From Methanobacteriota archaeon (GTDB taxonomy: Archaea; Thermoplasmatota; Thermoplasmata; RBG-16-68-12): a stretch of 14,554 bases of DNA. Shown here one piece after another: positions 13,706 to 14,554 of this stretch. The translations under genes and the position numbers were made by a program. Position 1 is the first letter of the stretch; the number at the start of each line of letters is the position of its first letter. The notes under the pieces are model-generated. The model saw only the letters and a list, made by a program, of their open reading frames with translations, was not told the origin of the DNA and searched no databases. Location of the stretch: positions 1 through 14,554 of the forward strand of contig VBMI01000078.1 of assembly GCA_005878955.1 (NCBI GenBank), given 5' to 3'.

Positions 13706-14554
13706 TCACGGGAAGGCCGCGAGGAGGGCGGTCGCGAGGACGAGGGTCGCGATCGTTGCCGGAAACCCCGCCCGGAACCAGTCCTTGAACGAGATCTCGA
13801 CTCCCTGGCGGGAGGCGGCCTGGACGACGATCACGTTCGCCGCCGCGCCGAGGATCGTCGCGTTCCCCGCGAGGGTCGAGCTCGCGGCGAGGGTGAGCCA
13901 CAGCCGGCGGTTCGTGGCGAGGGGTGCGAGGAGGAGGACCGCGGGCACGTTCGACACGAGGTTCGACAGGACCGCGGTCAGGCCCGAGAGCCACCAGACG
14001 CCGCCCGCGCTCCCGCCGGAGAGGGCGGTGAACCCCCCCTCGATCGAGTCGGCGAGGCCCGAGGACTGGACGCCCGCGATCACCACGAAGAGCCCGATGA
14101 AGAACAGGAGAATCGACCAGTCCACCTTCCCGAGGATCCCCCGTCCCGAGGCCCCGCGGTTGACGAGCGGCAGCCCGAAGAGGACGACGCTCCCGCCCGT
14201 GAGCGCGATCGCGGGGAGCCACGTGGGGGTGCTCGCGAAGAACCCGACGACCGCGACGAGGAGGACCCCGAGGGTGAACGCGAGCCCCGGCTTGTGGATC
14301 GGGACGAGGGAATCGTGGGGCGGGCGGCTCGTGATCGCGTCCGCCAGCCGGTGGCGGAACGCCAGCCGGACGACGCCGATCGCGACGGCGAGGCAGGCCG
14401 CGGTGATCGGGGCCATGATCAGCGCGTAGTCCAGGAATGGGATTCCGCTGTGGATCCCGATATACGCGTTCTGCGGGTTCCCGACCTCCGTCGCGACGCT
14501 CCCGACGTTCACCGCGATGCCCTCCCCGACGAGGAACGGCACGGGGTCGACCCC
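13706..14554 (-). CDS. ArsB/NhaD-superfamily (citrate-transporter-like) anion permease. Only the C-terminal part is present; the 5' end lies beyond the right edge of the window.
   Basis: The protein is highly hydrophobic and contains LSNLVSNVPAVLLLAPL and LAASSTLAGNATILGAAANVIVV, which are characteristic of this permease superfamily. The frame stays open to 14554 (GVDPVPFLVGEG...). It lies 27 nt upstream of pcm on the same strand. Confidence 0.85.
   Translation of the reverse strand, partial: GVDPVPFLVGEGIAVNVGSVATEVGNPQNAYIGIHSGIPFLDYALIMAPITAACLAVAIGVVRLAFRHRLADAITSRPPHDSLVPIHKPGLAFTLGVLLVAVVGFFASTPTWLPAIALTGGSVVLFGLPLVNRGASGRGILGKVDWSILLFFIGLFVVIAGVQSSGLADSIEGGFTALSGGSAGGVWWLSGLTAVLSNLVSNVPAVLLLAPLATNRRLWLTLAASSTLAGNATILGAAANVIVVQAASRQGVEISFKDWFRAGFPATIATLVLATALLAAFP

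Overview
This is a GC-rich prokaryotic window, most likely from an uncultivated archaeon. That taxonomic call is an inference. The only AT-rich islands are TATA-like boxes about 25-35 nt upstream of start codons. Several genes look leaderless, and internal operon genes use a GGAGG-type SD or 4-nt start/stop overlaps.

Gene layout, left to right:
- a partial Zn-dependent alcohol dehydrogenase on the minus strand, absent from the ORF track because it runs off the window edge
- a stand-alone LigD-type 3'-phosphoesterase
- an msrB plus SnoaL-like gene pair
- a VOC/glyoxalase-fold protein
- a sufB-sufC-sufD-sufU-sufS Fe-S assembly operon
- a small JAMM protease and a rhodanese
- the four-gene cassette described below
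- a triple zinc-ribbon protein, a tiny basic protein and a hypothetical protein
- protein-L-isoaspartate methyltransferase and a partial ArsB/NhaD-type permease

The stand-out is a separately promoted four-gene cassette. It encodes a UFM1-like ubiquitin-fold protein with an 11-residue tail after Gly-Gly, a UFC1-like E2, a UBA5-like E1 and a second, larger JAMM/MPN protein. I read this as a prokaryotic UFMylation-type protein-tagging system in which JAMM metalloproteases take the place of the eukaryotic UfSP cysteine proteases. No UFL1-type E3 is visible. All homology calls are by-eye comparisons with motifs and human sequences recalled from memory, and they need profile and structure searches.

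Other oddities:
- sufC has no in-frame stop, and its frame stays open to 6666 across sufD
- the VOC and sufB promoters share a TATA plus CGGTTATA element
- the Ubl promoter carries direct repeats and a palindrome

I saw no rRNA, tRNA, CRISPR array or mobile element. Most long Arg/Pro/Gly-rich ORFs in the track are alternative-frame shadows of the real genes.
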